Shown: in pieces, positions 1 through 14,083 of the stretch
How positions within the stretch are numbered: the stretch's first letter is position 1
How the letters are laid out: each line of letters opens with the position of its first letter
Source: Cycas panzhihuaensis
Lineage: Eukaryota > Plantae > Cycadophyta
NCBI GenBank assembly: GCA_023213395.1
Contig: CM041465.1
Span: 189,355,741 to 189,419,740, forward strand
Direction: 5' to 3'
DNA: 64,000 bases
The notes under the pieces: generated by a model
Database searches by the model: none
Told to the model about the DNA's origin: nothing
Seen by the model: only the letters and a program-made list of their open reading frames with translations
Program-made: the position numbers and the translations under genes

Positions 1-717
1 CGAATCTGATTAAGAGCTATTTGTTCCTTTTCCATTTTAAAGTGTATAGATAAGAGAAGTAAAAGTATTAGCTACTAAAGCATCATTAAGAATTGGAGAA
101 TCACACAGAAAAGCTATCTATGGTTACAGAGTACTATAAATTGAAAAGATCTATGAGAGAGTCCTCGTCCCTTCCTTGTCTCTCACCAACCACTGCCCAG
201 ATTTATCATCGCATCCCAAACAACTAGGTAATAGCTCACGAGAAGCCACGCTAATCTCCGATCTGCATTCACATCCTTTCTTGGCATCCATTGAAACTGA
301 CCCAGGCAGAGAACCCTTCTCGTGCATCCTCCTCGAGCAGCCACAGGTGAAGATCCTAAGATATCCCATCCAGGGTAAGCATCCTGCACCAAAGACTTCG
401 AAGAAAAACCTAGGAAAATAAGGTATTGAGGATCTGACCCTAGCCACCAAATGCTAATGAAAGCCTTTCTCTTATCTCCTAAGACCGGATCAAGGATGAC
501 GAGCTGACACTCCAGGCCATCCAAAGACATCTGCGTGGGCCTAGTCCATTCAACTGACTGACCCCTAGCTAGGAGGCCCCACACCCATAGATCTAGCTGA
601 AGCTTTCATGGAAGATTGAGAGATTATAATTGCCAAAATGCCCTGACAGAAACCCTAGCAGTGCCCAAATTCTTCCACCCAGTAGCTTCTAAAATGTCTT
701 TCTGAGTGGATATTACT
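1..717. repeat. Probable partial LTR of a younger retrotransposon running off the left edge
   Basis: GC-richer and retains CpG compared with neighbours. Ends in GAGTGGATATTACT (717), resembling a ...GGATATTACA LTR terminus. No partner LTR in the window. Confidence 0.35.
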
Positions 718-793
718 TATATGTAAATGAACATTATTTTAAGAAGTTAGTGAGTTAATGATGTTGGTGGTGATTTGAAGATGAAGATTTCCA

Positions 794-1318
794 TATAAAA
801 ATTTAGAATTTTAGTCTAATACCATATTAGAATGTACTTACAATATATAACAGAAATATATTAAAAATATATAATGAATTATATATCATGAGGAATATTT
901 ATATAAATCATATATTCTATAATCAACATATAAAGAAATAACATAAAGATAAAGTTATAATGAATAATAAACATACAATAAGCATAACCATAAGAACCAA
1001 TAGATTTATATATAGAAAACTTAGTAGGGAAAAAATAATGGGAGAAAGTTGGAGTTAGGAGCTTTTCTTAATGATATGAAATAATTACATTCCCAAGTCA
1101 ATCTTTCTATCTCAAGTTATCATTGGCATATGTATATATTTATAGATATGTCACCTCATGAATAACCTATAATATTTTGAGTTACTTTATCATACAACAT
1201 AATGTTTACATGAATAATCATGTATATCACATCTCTTAATACTTATGATAAGTGAGATTTTATGTGGGTTTATAACCTTATATTAAATATTAGACATATA
1301 AAAGTATCGCATATTACA
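794..1318 (-). repeat. 3' LTR of element A
   Basis: TATAAAAATTTAGAATT...CGCATATTACA aligns along its length with 10707-11241. Confidence 0.8.
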
Positions 1319-1351
1319 ATAACCCCCTTTAATGTTTAATGTCTTCAAATC

Positions 1352-4300
1352 TATTGGAGAGAGGGTTACATTTAGAATTCACATAATCATAAAAAATAAT
1401 AGCAATATACAATCACAAATTTTCACTATATATGATAGGTGGAAAATTCCCTACTAGGGATAAAAACCACCTTCTAAATAAATAAATATTATTATAATAA
1501 AGAAAATGATACAATGGAGATGGTTGAGGATTTTATCTTCTCTCTACATATTCAACTAGCCTACCCTATGTAACTTGGCTAACCCAACCTCTTGAAATGT
1601 AGGAAATATTCCATAATAAAGAAGATAGGAGTTTATTAAAATGGACAGTTTATCCATTTCATTGAAGTTTTTGTAATATAATATTGACTTTAATATAATT
1701 ACATTACACATAAGTTTATATTAGATAAATATTTCTAACATTTCCCTTTAATGTTAACTTTTGTACAATAGAAGATATACAGAAGATAGAGAAGAAGAAA
1801 GAAGAAGAGGATAAGGAAGATGATGAAGGCTTCAACATGGTAATCCCTCTTTGATGAAGACTTCATTAATCTTTAACAATTCTCGTAGCTTTACAAACTT
1901 GACTTCAGTTAATGGCTTGGTTAGAATACTAGTAATTTATAAATATATATGACAATAAAATAAATTAATAATATTATCATTTATAAGATTACGAATAAAA
2001 TACTAATGTAATTCTATATACTTAGTTATAAAATGTATAACAGGATTAGTAGCTATAGATATTGCACCTTAATTCTCAACATTAATTTGAATAGAAGAGT
2101 TAAGAAATAAACCAAGTTTACTTAATAAAGATTTAATCTAGAGTGATTATTTACTAGCTTTAACCAATGCTCAATATTTAGCTTCTATTGATGATAATGC
2201 TAATGATTGCATCTTCTTTCTAGATCATATAATTATAGAAGAGTCAAGAAATAAAACATAACTAGCTATGGATTTTTGATCATTGAAGTCTCCTCTCCAG
2301 TTTGAATCTATATAAGCTATTAAATTAAGGTTAGTATTATAAAAATTATAGGTTAGACCATGATAAATTATACCTTAAAGATATCTTAGAAAACATTTTG
2401 CTGATTTCTAATGAAACTCATGGGATTTTTGCATATACCTAAAACATAAGGCAATAGTAAAAGAGATATCTAAGTGAGTATGGGTTAAGTAAAGAAGTCT
2501 ACCTATTAATTGATGATATAAAATAGAATTATAAGATGGAGATTGGCAATTAGTTGTTAATTTCATACCTAATTATAAAGGAGTAGGGGTTGGCTTTATA
2601 TTTTTTATATTGAATCATTTTATTAAGTCAATACTATATTTAGGTTGAAAAATAATCATTTTTTATTCTGATGGATAAATTTGTAGGCCTAGAAAATAAT
2701 ATAAAAGCTTAAGTCTGTCATTTCAAATTTACTTATTATAACTAATTTTAACTAATGAATATGAGAAAGTAATGATCTAATTATTATACTATCATTAATA
2801 TAAAGGATTAAAATGATAATATTATTATTTTCTCATTTGAAATAAAGGTTAGGATCACTAACATATTTAATGCATATATTTTAAAGAAGATAATTATCAA
2901 TCTTAATATACCAAACCCTAAGAGTTTATTTAAGGTCATATAATAACTTTTAAGGTTTGTAAACAAGATTAGGATTAGATATAAAACTAAGTAGTTAAGA
3001 TATATATATTTATTCTTTAAGATCACCATTTAAAAAGGTACTTTTTACATCTATTTGATGTATTTAGGAGCTAAACTTAGCTACAAGAGCAATGATAGTT
3101 TTGACTGTGTTTATTTTCGTAATAGGAGTAAAGGTTTTAACATAATAAAAATGTCAACTTAATAAAAACCTTTGGCCACTAAATGAGCCTTATATTTTTT
3201 TATTGCTTCTTTTAAATTATATTTTGTTCGATAACCCATTTGTAGTTTACCAGATTCTTGCTAGGAGATAATAGTACTAATTCCCAAGATTAATTTTTAT
3301 AAAGAGTAGCATATTAACCTTGCATAACTTATTTCCATACAGGATTATGACATGATCCTCTATAGGCTTTAGGGTCATTAGAGGCCATTACTTTGGCCAT
3401 TAATATAAAACTAACTTGTAGTTTTTATGATCTAGTTCTTCTGATATCTAATGGATCACCAACATCAAAATCAACAGTCAAAAAGGTTTCTTGAGCCCAA
3501 ACTAGCTATCTGTTTCTTAAAGAATCAAAAGTAGAAGGTTGATTAGAAAAATTTAATTGATTAGAAGTAAATGGTTGATTGGATTGATTAGACATATTAG
3601 ATTCACTTAAGGTCTAGTTCTAGACTTATGAAGATAAGCTATCAATTACTTCATTGTCCGTGTGTATATGTGAAGGCTATTTTGGATAAGTATTAGTTAA
3701 TAAGTTCTCGATAGGAAGTTCTATAAGATTTATTTTTGATGAAGTGCTTTCTTCATCAAAAATAATATCACGTAAAATTGAGATTTTATGTGTGATAGGA
3801 TCTAATAATCTATAAGTTTTACTTTCTTCATTATAGCCAACAAAGATAAATTTAGCACTTTTAGGATTAAGTTTGTTTTATTTTTCCTCAAGAATTTATC
3901 CCCAAGCAATATTTCCAAATACTTTATGATGTTTTACATATGGTCTTCAACCAAATTACTTTTGTTATCATATCATATTTTATAGGGATTTACTTGGTAA
4001 GTGCTTTAATAAATAGTTGGAATAGGCTATTACCTTAGCTCATAACTTAAGATCAAGACCTTTTGTATGTATCATGCATCTAGTCACTTCAACAAGAGTA
4101 CATTTTTTATGTTCTACAATAACATTCTATTGAGGAGTATAGGTAACTAAATGTTGAAATCTAATTCTGTGCTTTTTAAAATATGAAGTAAATTTATTGC
4201 TTAGATACTCTTTATCACTATCAGATCTAAAGATTTTAGTTTTGGAGTTAGATTAGTTTTTAACTAATGTTTTAAATTTAACAAATATGTTAAATAGTTT

Positions 4301-7300
4301 ACTTCTAGTCTTGAGCATATATACCCAATATTTCCTAGAGAAGTCATTAATAAAAATGACAAAATATTTGCTTCTAGAGTATGATGGTACTTGGAAGAGG
4401 CCACAAGTATCTAAGTAAATAAGTTTAAGTGAAAGTTTTTCTCAAAATGATGTTTGATATAGAAAAAAATCCATGTCTTACTTACCTATTACATAGGCGT
4501 CGTAAACACCATATATAGTAGATAGGCGAGGATGTCTAAATATCATATCATGCTTATTTAAATCTCATAATTTACCATAACTTATATGGCCAAACTATGC
4601 ATGCTATCATTTGTTGACTAGGTTAGATTTAGCTATGAAGGCACTACAAAATTTTGTTTTAAATTGATTTAGATTTCGTAAACTATATAGACTTATTTCA
4701 TGATCAACAACTCTTGAAGTAATAGTTATGAATTTGTTAAGAGATTGTTTGATAACGAATTTATCTTTCCAGAATTTGATAATTAGGTTTTTCTGACAGA
4801 TTTGATAGATTGATAAGAGATTAGGTAACGGTCCTAAAACATAAAATACATCATGAATTAAACCATCTTTTAAGGTAATATATCCTATACCTTTGACTTT
4901 CAATTAAGATCCACTTCTGAATAAGATTTCCTCTTCGAAATTAAGATCAAAGTAACAAGAAGTTAGATATTCTTGGTGAGCTATCATATGATAGGATATA
5001 CTAGAATCTAAAATCTATAATAGTGGTTTTGATGCAGGTCTCAAAAGTGTTCATGTAGTACTAGTTAAGGAATGATTAGAATTATGGGATCATGATTAGA
5101 TCCCCTTAGAAGTTTTTTAGGATTCAAAAGTAATTCTATTCTTAAATATGTCAATTATATGCCCCTTTCTATAATAGTAGGCACAACTAATATTCTGATT
5201 AAGATTAGAATTGGAAGCATTTTATTTTTGGAATGGTGGTTTAGAAGTATTATGGCTTTTTAGTGATCTAGAGTACTTAGAATTTTGATTGAAGTTGTTT
5301 GAAAGGGAGCCTTTATGAGGTTTCTAGGATTTGGGATGACTATTATGATGATTCTGATGATTATTTTTATTTTTATATTTGTTTAGGGGCTTAGATTTAG
5401 AAAAGAGAGTGTGTGAATGATCTCGTAGTTTTTCAATTTATATTAGCATTATTTAGTATTCAATCAGTTGATTTATTAATTAATTGAAGGTTATTGAAGG
5501 ATATCCTACTTGTTGCCTAGTAGCTTTGAAAAGATTGAAGTGTTTAGGAAGTTTAGTAATCGTAAGACAGATGAATGTATCATCATATTTTATATGTGTC
5601 ATAGTTATAACTTTGTCACCTTCTTTTGTTGTAGATTTTATACAATCTCCTAAATCTCTGTTGATAACTTAAAGTTTTGGTAAGAAATCTTCAACTTTAA
5701 AGAAATTATCATAATTTAAATTGTGAATTTGTTATTCAAACACTACTAGTTTTTGTGCATCAACCTTATCATATTTTTCTTTAAGTGTATTCTAGATAGT
5801 GGCAAGATCATCTATTTTAGGGAACTGTTGACTTATATCTAGTGAGAGAGAGGTTAGGATGGTGCCAAGTGCTCCATCATAATTCATCAGATAAACCATA
5901 TAGGCTTTTAATAAAGTGTCTATTAGTTTTGTGAATTCTCCTATGATATATCACCAAGTCTTTTGTTGATTTAGATGATGGAATATGCAAACTTTCTAGT
6001 CAAGATAATTTTAGCATGTTAAAGCTAGAATTGAAGGATATGAGATTGTTCCATTCATAAGTGCCATTTTAGGAATGAAACCAATCACTAGATATCCTCT
6101 TTTAATGGAAAGAAATAAAATGATAAGGGAACAAAAAGGTGAAAACAAAAATATTAAGCTACAGTTGAATATAATCATAACATTTACATTTCAAAAATTA
6201 AAGAAAATTAATACTAATTAAATATAAATAGCATGTGAAGAAATGAGTAGGATTAGAAACCTTATTATACATAAAAAAGGTGTAATTTTAATCATACATT
6301 TACTTTGAATTAAAAAAATATCATTGGTAAGTATGCATATATAAATGTAAATATATAATCAACTTTTGTAAGGAAATGGACCCTTTAACATATTAAAAAT
6401 TGATTACAATAATTAAGAAATATAAATTTAAAAATACATTTGAAGAATTACATTAAATATGTGAGCATTTATATACTTTTAATATTATTTTTATAAAAAA
6501 CTAATAAAATAATGGTTTAATTGATTGATTAGTAACTTACAAATTATTAAAAGATATGCAAGAAATGATGTGATTAATTAGTAAATTTAATAAATAATTG
6601 AATGTATATTACATTAAAGTAATACTATTAAAAACTATAGAAAACATTATAAGTTAAAGTCACATATCTAAACTACCTAATTGTGATAGAAGACTTAATT
6701 TTGAGTGAGATTTTACACATTAAAATGGAATCCAAATTACTTGAATTACCAATCAAAATGTCTGCATCTTAAATTCAATTCTCATCTTCTAGAATTGAAT
6801 TTTGACTCTATATAAAAACGTTTTGGTCAAAATTATATAAGTACCCCGATTATAAAATAAGAGGGGGTGAAAAGTAGGGGTTAATCCACTTTTAGAATTA
6901 GATTAGGATCATATGGAGGGGCTAATATGACGAGAGGACTAGCATGAAGGGGGTTATCAAACCCGAAAAAGGATTCCAATCTAGTTTAATTGAATTAAAA
7001 CATTAGACAAAAATGAATAAATAAAATAAAATAAAATATAAAAATGGGTGGATCTGAAAATCAAATAATACATATTTAATCTTTTTATACCTTGTAAAAT
7101 AGGATGAAAGGGATTTTAATTCTTTTTCATATCCATAAGGATTATTTACCTTAATATTTAGGGTTTTAAATAGATTTTAGATAAAAGGATTTTGATTGCA
7201 GGTGGCGACTGGCTCAACCTCTTCATTTTGCCCTCTGGTCATGGCATGGGTGAGCTCCTCTTCACTTCTTATCTCCATTAATGAGGTCTTAAATGACTTA

Positions 7301-8615
7301 GTTTTTCTATTTACATCTCTACATTATGAGAAAATGTGGCAGGTTTCTCCTCTTTTGTCTACATTCTTCCCTTTTCTTTGCTTAAATTTGAGAGGATGGT
7401 ATTGATGGCAACTATGAGGTTGGGCTTCTAGTTTAGCTTTAATTTCTTCATATACTAGATGGCTAAAGATTCTATCTCTATTAATGGTGTCTTTGAGTTT
7501 TCTTTAATGACAATCTTCATGGTCTTTTGCATTAGCTGGTCTTCTTTATCTCTATCAACATTAGAGATTTGATTGAGGGAGAAAGGGTTTACTACTCTTC
7601 ACACTTTAAATTTTCTATCAATTAAAATCCTTTAAAGAAGTCTACTTATTGTATGATAATATATAACTACATATTTGTAACATGGGTGAATTTGGTGTGA
7701 AGACTGCATATTTGTAACAGTGACAACTTTGGCATGAAGACTACGTAACCTCCGGTTGTTATTCAGCTATATGAGATGGCTTGATTCAAGTTCCTTTATA
7801 TCTATTTACCTCCAATTTAGTTTGATAGTGGATGCAGAGACTTTTGTTAATATCTTAGATTGTCTGGCATTTTCTTGGAGCCAAAAGACTCAATGGTAGC
7901 CCTTGATTTCTTGCATTGTATTTTGGATATTTTGATGTTGTGTAGACCATAAAGACTATTCAATTTTTGTATATATTGGTCTTGTCCATAACCTAAAGGT
8001 TGTATTATTTCTATATATGTTAGTCCTATACAGACCCTAAAGACTATACTATTTTCTTTACATAATAATATAATTTCCTGAGTACTTTTAATTTCAAAAA
8101 TACATATGATTTGGCTCTATTTTTTTGCTTTAGAAATCTTTTTAAAAAAGGAACTTGTATGAAAGGTTTATTTGATAAACCTGTTATTAATGTCTTAAAC
8201 ATACCTGAGATACCCTACTATGATACCGTGTTAGAGAGAGGGTTACATTTAGAATTCATATAATCATAAAAAATAATAGCAATACATAATCACAAATCTA
8301 CACTAGATATGACAGGTGGAAAACCCCCTACTAGGGATAAAATACTATCTCTTAAATAAGTAAATATTATTATAATAAAGAAGATGTTATAATAGAGATA
8401 GTTGAGGATCTCATCCTCTCTCTACATATTCATCCATCCTACCCTACATAACTTGGTCAACCTAACCTCCTGGAATGTAGAAAAGATTCCATAATAAAGA
8501 TAAGAGTTCATTAAAATTGATGGCTTATCCATTTCACCAAACTTTTTATAATATAATGTTGACTTTAATATAATTACATTATATATAAGTTAATATTAGG
8601 TAAATATTTCTAACA
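1352..8615 (-). mobile_element. Element B: full-length decayed Ty1/Copia retrotransposon nested in A
   Basis: LTRs 1352-1740 and 8229-8615. Perfect TSD AAATC (1347-1351, 8616-8620). PPT complement after 1740. Degenerate PBS complement (TGATACCG) before 8229. Domain order gag-PR-IN-RT-RH. Confidence 0.95.
1870..6067 (-). pseudogene. Copia gag-pol of B, disrupted
   Basis: ATG at 6067. CCHC knuckle relic at about 5150-5190. Protease (W)ILDS at about 5000-5017. Integrase at about 3800-4600. RT at about 2350-3400. RNase H end like TKPLTEVKFVKLRELL at about 1875-1925. Many stops. Confidence 0.9.
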
Positions 8616-10706
8616 AAATCTTCAAGTCATCCTTGGTCTTCATGTTTTTATTATATGTTAAAATTTGTAAACTTATAACAAGTTATATTAATATGAATTA
8701 AGGTGTATCACTTATAACTTATAAATATATTAATATCATACTTGTATCCTATATGAAATTATCTTGTAACTATATATAGTAATCTATGATCATCAATAAC
8801 TAACTATGAACAACCACCTATAAAAAACATAAACCAATTATCAATCAACCGAATGACCAACTTTAATTTTATGACTTTTAACTTGTCATATTTATATGAA
8901 ATTTTATCCTTGATAACTTCAGAGCTTTAATTATAAAGTTATGATCAATCATCAACACTGTTAATCTATCATTTGAATAATCTCATGAATAAAATTAATT
9001 ATTGATATCCATATAAAACAATAACCTTCTACCAAAATACATGGGTAACCAACTACTATAATCACTAGTTCTCTAAGATATCATTTTATATACATGGTTC
9101 ATTAACAAATATAAATAATATAAATAATGTTTTTATAAGAGTAGCATAAAATTTCTCATATCTTGTATATAAAAATAACAACACAATTTGTGTGTTATAC
9201 AAGAGTAGCCCCATTTATCTTGTCTCTTCTATACTAGCAAATAACTTGTGTGCTACCTTCATTGATGCTTTTGTATACTTGTAACTTTTTTTTGCGACTG
9301 ATAAATATCATTAGTAATAATAAATCAATAATTGAAATATACTAACTCTAAGAATAAGACATACTACTTGACCAAGTTAAGTTAGTTATAATAAGGTAAT
9401 TGAAGTAGATATATTCGCATACCTCTTATTATATATAAAAAGTCAAATTTCTCACTAATAGATATATTTCTTATATTAGTAAGATAACCTCAATAGTTAA
9501 ATTGGTATGCCAAGTAATTAGTATATGAGTCTTATTTTGTATATATCATAAATATATGGAAAATAACATCAATATTTCAACTACCAACATTCTAATATTA
9601 ACTACAAATAAATTGGGCCCTTTATCAAATATCAAGTGATACCATAAATCATTCAAATAGGTGTGTAATAAACTAGATGATCATTACATTTGATAAGTGT
9701 TATAATCACTTTATCAAATTTATTCAATACTAAGGGGGATTTTTATAATGTTCAACATATATTAAGATACCCATATCAAAGAATAACCCACATTTAAATT
9801 TGTTTATTTAATTTAAACCTTTAAATATCATAAATGAGCCTTTATGTATTTAATTTTAAATAAAACTTCTTTTTTCTTTCATCATCTATCATCAATATCA
9901 TCATTGTGATCTTTGGAGCCTTTAAAAATATAAGAAAATGTCAAAATAGTTCTAAAAAAACCTAAAAAATACATCTTTTCTAAAGTCTAAACTACTTTAC
10001 TTAAATTTACTTATTAAAATCTATATCACCTGACTATAAAATGTCTTACGACCACTTCTTTTAATCATCTTAAAATTCACTTTTCAATACAACTAATAGC
10101 TCAAAAAATGGACTCATTGATAAAATGTTATGATTGAAAAAGTAACAATATACCATAAAAGATTATGCAACTCTTAAGAATTATTTTAGCCTAATTTGTC
10201 ACGTAACATACTCCATGTAACCTGTTGGTTCTTCATGGGGTCTAATGGGTGGACTTCATTAATTATTCTAATTTGATTAAATTCAAATCATCATGTTTAC
10301 TTAATAACATGTACCTCTTTATTTTGCTTCATATTGACTAGTATAATCTTACTACTTATTTTACATACATTTATGGCATATATGGTATTGATATACTTAA
10401 ACTAAATGTTTGCATAAATTAATAAATAACATACCATCAATTTTGTTATATTCATCATGTTGCTTCATTTCCTATACGTGATTTCATCATCTTCATCTTC
10501 CACTAGAGTCTTAATCATATGTCACTAGCATAATTAGGTTTTGGCTCATTAAATTCCTCCTCATACAAGCTCCTATACTGGCTCTATCACTAGCTTATAT
10601 TAGCTCATCAATAGATCCTATAACTGGCTCAACTACTAGATCAATTGGTTCATGTATAAACTTCAATGTATTTCATAATATCTTTCATGATATCACTCTA
10701 ATACCA

Positions 10707-11241
10707 TCTAAGAATTTAGAAATTTACTCTGATACCATATTGGAATGTACTCATAATACATAATAGAAGTATAACAAATATATGTAATAAAACAAATATA
10801 TCATAAAGAATATGTATATAAATCATGTATTATAAGATCAACGTGTAAAATAATAACATAACCATAAACTAATAATAAACAATGAACATGCGATAAGCAT
10901 AATAAAGCATCATAATAAATAATAAATTTATACTTAAAAAACCTAGTGTGAAAAAATTTATGAGAAAAGGTTGGAGTTGGAAGCTCCTCTTAATGATATC
11001 AAATAATTATATTTCAAAGTCAGTCTTCAATTTTCATGTTCTCTAGTGGTATGTGCATATATTTATAGATATGTTACTCCATGAATAACCTATAATATCT
11101 CTTAACATATTTCATCATCTAGTAGGATGTTTACATGAATACTAGTACATATTATATCTCTTAATACTTTTAGTATGTGAAATTTTATGTGTCTATAACC
11201 TTATTTTAAACATTAGATATATGAAAATATCACATATTTTA
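10707..11241 (-). repeat. 5' LTR of element A
   Basis: TCTAAGAATTTAGAAATT...CACATATTTTA, immediately adjacent to the PBS complement. Confidence 0.8.
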
Positions 11242-11244
11242 TTA

Positions 11245-13349
11245 TTTCTATTATCTTTTCAAGATTAAAAATGAAAATTTTCTCTTATATATATAATTAA
11301 ACATTATAGGGGAGAATGTAGGGATAAGTTTTAATTACTTATTATAATGTTAAGTCAAGTGGTGTAGTCCCCCTTCTCTTTCATTATTAAATCATAATCA
11401 TTATTAATATGTGTATTACTCACTTGTTTATGTAATAATTTATTAGTTGACTTAAAGGTTCTCATATTCTATTGGTCTTTTATAAGATTGATATACTTAT
11501 AAGTATGTGATAATTATAATATAATATTTTAGAGATAATCATTTTCCACCAAATTTATTATCTTATGTTGATGCATATTCATCTTTTTTGTTTTGTCATG
11601 AATATTTGATATAACCTCATAGTTGATATATGCTATTAATTCATATGTTTCTAAGAAGAAAATACAACTAAGTAATCCTTGAATATTCATAATAAAAGGC
11701 CATGAAATATCTTTCCCTTATAATTGATAACATGTCTATTAGTCCACATAGATTTAAGGACACTAGTTAAAATAATGTCTTAGCTCTCCAATTTCTATTA
11801 TCCATAAATTCTTTTACTTTCTTCAATACTTATAAGACAAATGACCATTTCCATATTCTTGATCAATGTAAGGTTATTATAGTTTATATGGTCAAAACTA
11901 TAATTCCATCTTTTGTTATCAATTTCAACTAACGTCTTCAATCCATAATTATCATTTAGAGAGATCACAACCTTAAATAATCTATCACTTGTCATTTGAC
12001 CTTATGTAATTATGGATTCAATCCTCAACTTTTCCCTAATAATTCACTCACCATTATCAAATACAACCTTATATTTTTATTTCATTATTTGACCAATAGA
12101 ATGCAAGTTTTTCTTAAGTATCCACACATGCATTGTATCATTGATATAATTAGTCTTACCATTATTAATTTGAATGGATATATCACATATGTATTTTGCT
12201 TATTGAGTGGTATTATCATTAAGTATATTTTTTCTTATTTTAAGAGTCATCCAACTTCTCAAACCATTCATTTTTATTAGTCAAATATGGTACAGTAGCC
12301 AAATTCTTTGTACCATCCATTTTCATCTTCATGGGTTATAAGACTAGATAAAAATTATTTTTCATTTTGCCTTGGTTCTTTGACTATAATGTTGGCTTCT
12401 CTATTCAACAAATCTAACTTCTTAAAGTAATAATTACTTTTGACATGACCAACTCTTTTGTAACAAAAACATTAAATGGTTTCTCTACCTCTTCCTCTTG
12501 GGTTCCTTCCTCTTTGACTTTGATTTATACCTCTTTCTATTATACTTTGTCCTCTTCCTATAAAGTTTTTATCTTCCCAAATTTTGTCCTTAAATTCCAA
12601 AGCTTTATCCTCTTGGACTTTAACCTTTATCTCTAGATACTTAACCTATTTTTATTATTTGTCCTTCATAATACTATTACTAATATCTATCATTATTGTC
12701 TACCATTATTAGTTTTAGACTCAATCACAAAAGCATGCTCTAATATTTTACCTAAATTCTTCTTATCTTCAACAACAAGTAGAACCCCACTTAGTTCATC
12801 TACCTTCATCTAAAAGAGGACCTTAAACACTTCAATACTTCTTGCCACTATTTCAAACTTCTTAATTTCACTAATACTTTATAAAATCTTCTTAATAACT
12901 CATCATTTAATTATCTCTTTACCTATAGATCTTATCAAGTTGACCAGTCCTTAAATTTTAGGAATGTACTTATTTATATATTCATTATAATACATCTTAC
13001 TATTTTTAAATTTTTTTATAAGTGTTTGTAACTTACTCATTATTACTCATTTATAAGAATTCTTTAGAGTGACCTAAGCTTCTGTAGAAGTTCTTACTTC
13101 ACTAATGCAAGGAAAAATATGTTCCTCATGAGCATAAAAAATAACTGTAAGAGTTTCATTATCTCTCTTTTTATTTCTTTAAAAAGTTTTCTTTGTATTA
13201 TGATATGCATTAGGATTAGCTTAACATAACCGTATTTTAAAATTTTCCAAATGTCTTTAGAAATGAAAATGGGTTTAATCTACCTACTCTAACTCATAAT
13301 TAATTCTATCAAAATTTGGAACTAAAATGTTGCTTACATTTGATGCCAT
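11245..13349 (-). pseudogene. Element C: truncated Copia gag-PR-IN relic (apparent host of A)
   Basis: ATG at 13349 (MASNVSN...FISKDIWKI, Copia gag N-terminus). Protease relic at about 12270-12315. GAG-pre-integrase WNYSFDHINYNNL in ORF 11798-11995. Integrase core down to about 11300. No LTRs found. Confidence 0.8.
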
Positions 13350-13740
13350 CTCATAGAAAAGAAGCTTGAAAAACTAATAAAGACAAGAGAGAAAATGCAC
13401 CAAACAAAGGTTAATAGCACACATAAATATCCTATTTTAGCTTAATACTTGACCTAAATCAAGACCTTACAACTACCAAGAAGTTTATTTTGTATTTGTT
13501 TAAGAGTAGAACACTTAAATAAGTGATTTCATAATATTTAATTATTTGGATATCATGTAGGAATATAGAATAAGGTGTTTGATTAAAGTTTAAACTAAAA
13601 TTTTATCAACAAAATATATTCAAACATATTTACTCAACTAACCAATATGAAGCTTTTCAAGTAAGGAAATTTATGCAATTTATAATTTTAAAAAAAGTTA
13701 TTATAAGAAGAATTTACAACAAAAATAATATAGATTATTG

Positions 13741-14083
13741 AAGTGGATTGAATTCACTAGATGAGTGGTGGTGGTTTCACTCTAGAGACTAGGGTTTAAG
13801 TCCCATGGAGACATGGGTGCATGTGTTACTTGATGTGAGCTATTGACCCATGCCTCATGTTAATCCCTAGACGATAATTATTGTTCATAATATAATAGAC
13901 AGCCTACTCTACACATTACAGTGATTTGTGGGTTCCTAGCATGTCAGTTTGGCCCATGCCACATACTAGGTAAATACTCATGGTTTTATATTATATATTA
14001 GATGCATACCATAGAGTGTATACAAGGGTGGGTGGTTTGTAAAACTTTTGATTCATTAAAGCATCTACTATCAACAAAAGAAA
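13741..14083 (+). mobile_element. Probable decayed tRNA-derived SINE
   Basis: B-box-like GGTTTAAGTCC at 13793-13803 (GGTTCAAGTCC with C>T), about 50 bp from the start. GC-richer body of about 340 bp. Ends TATCAACAAAAGAAA (TATC plus A-tail). A-box and TSD unclear. Confidence 0.45.

Larger units (their letters stand above)
794..11241 (-). mobile_element. Element A: non-autonomous Copia-like LTR element (about 3.2 kb without nested B)
   Basis: Direct repeats 794-1318 and 10707-11241. PPT complement ATAACCCCCTT at 1319. PBS complement CTCTAATACCA at 10696-10706. Internal region (1319-1351 plus 8621-10695) has no recognisable gag/pol. No clean TSD. Confidence 0.75.

Noticed and set aside
151-584. 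Three overlapping ORFs (99, 81 and 133 aa)
   Set aside because: No recognisable domain. Explained by locally higher GC in a probable LTR.
789-11250. TSD for element A (TTCCA versus TTCTA)
   Set aside because: The right-hand candidate at 11246-11250 is offset about 4 bp from the aligned LTR end and mismatched, so it is not reliable.
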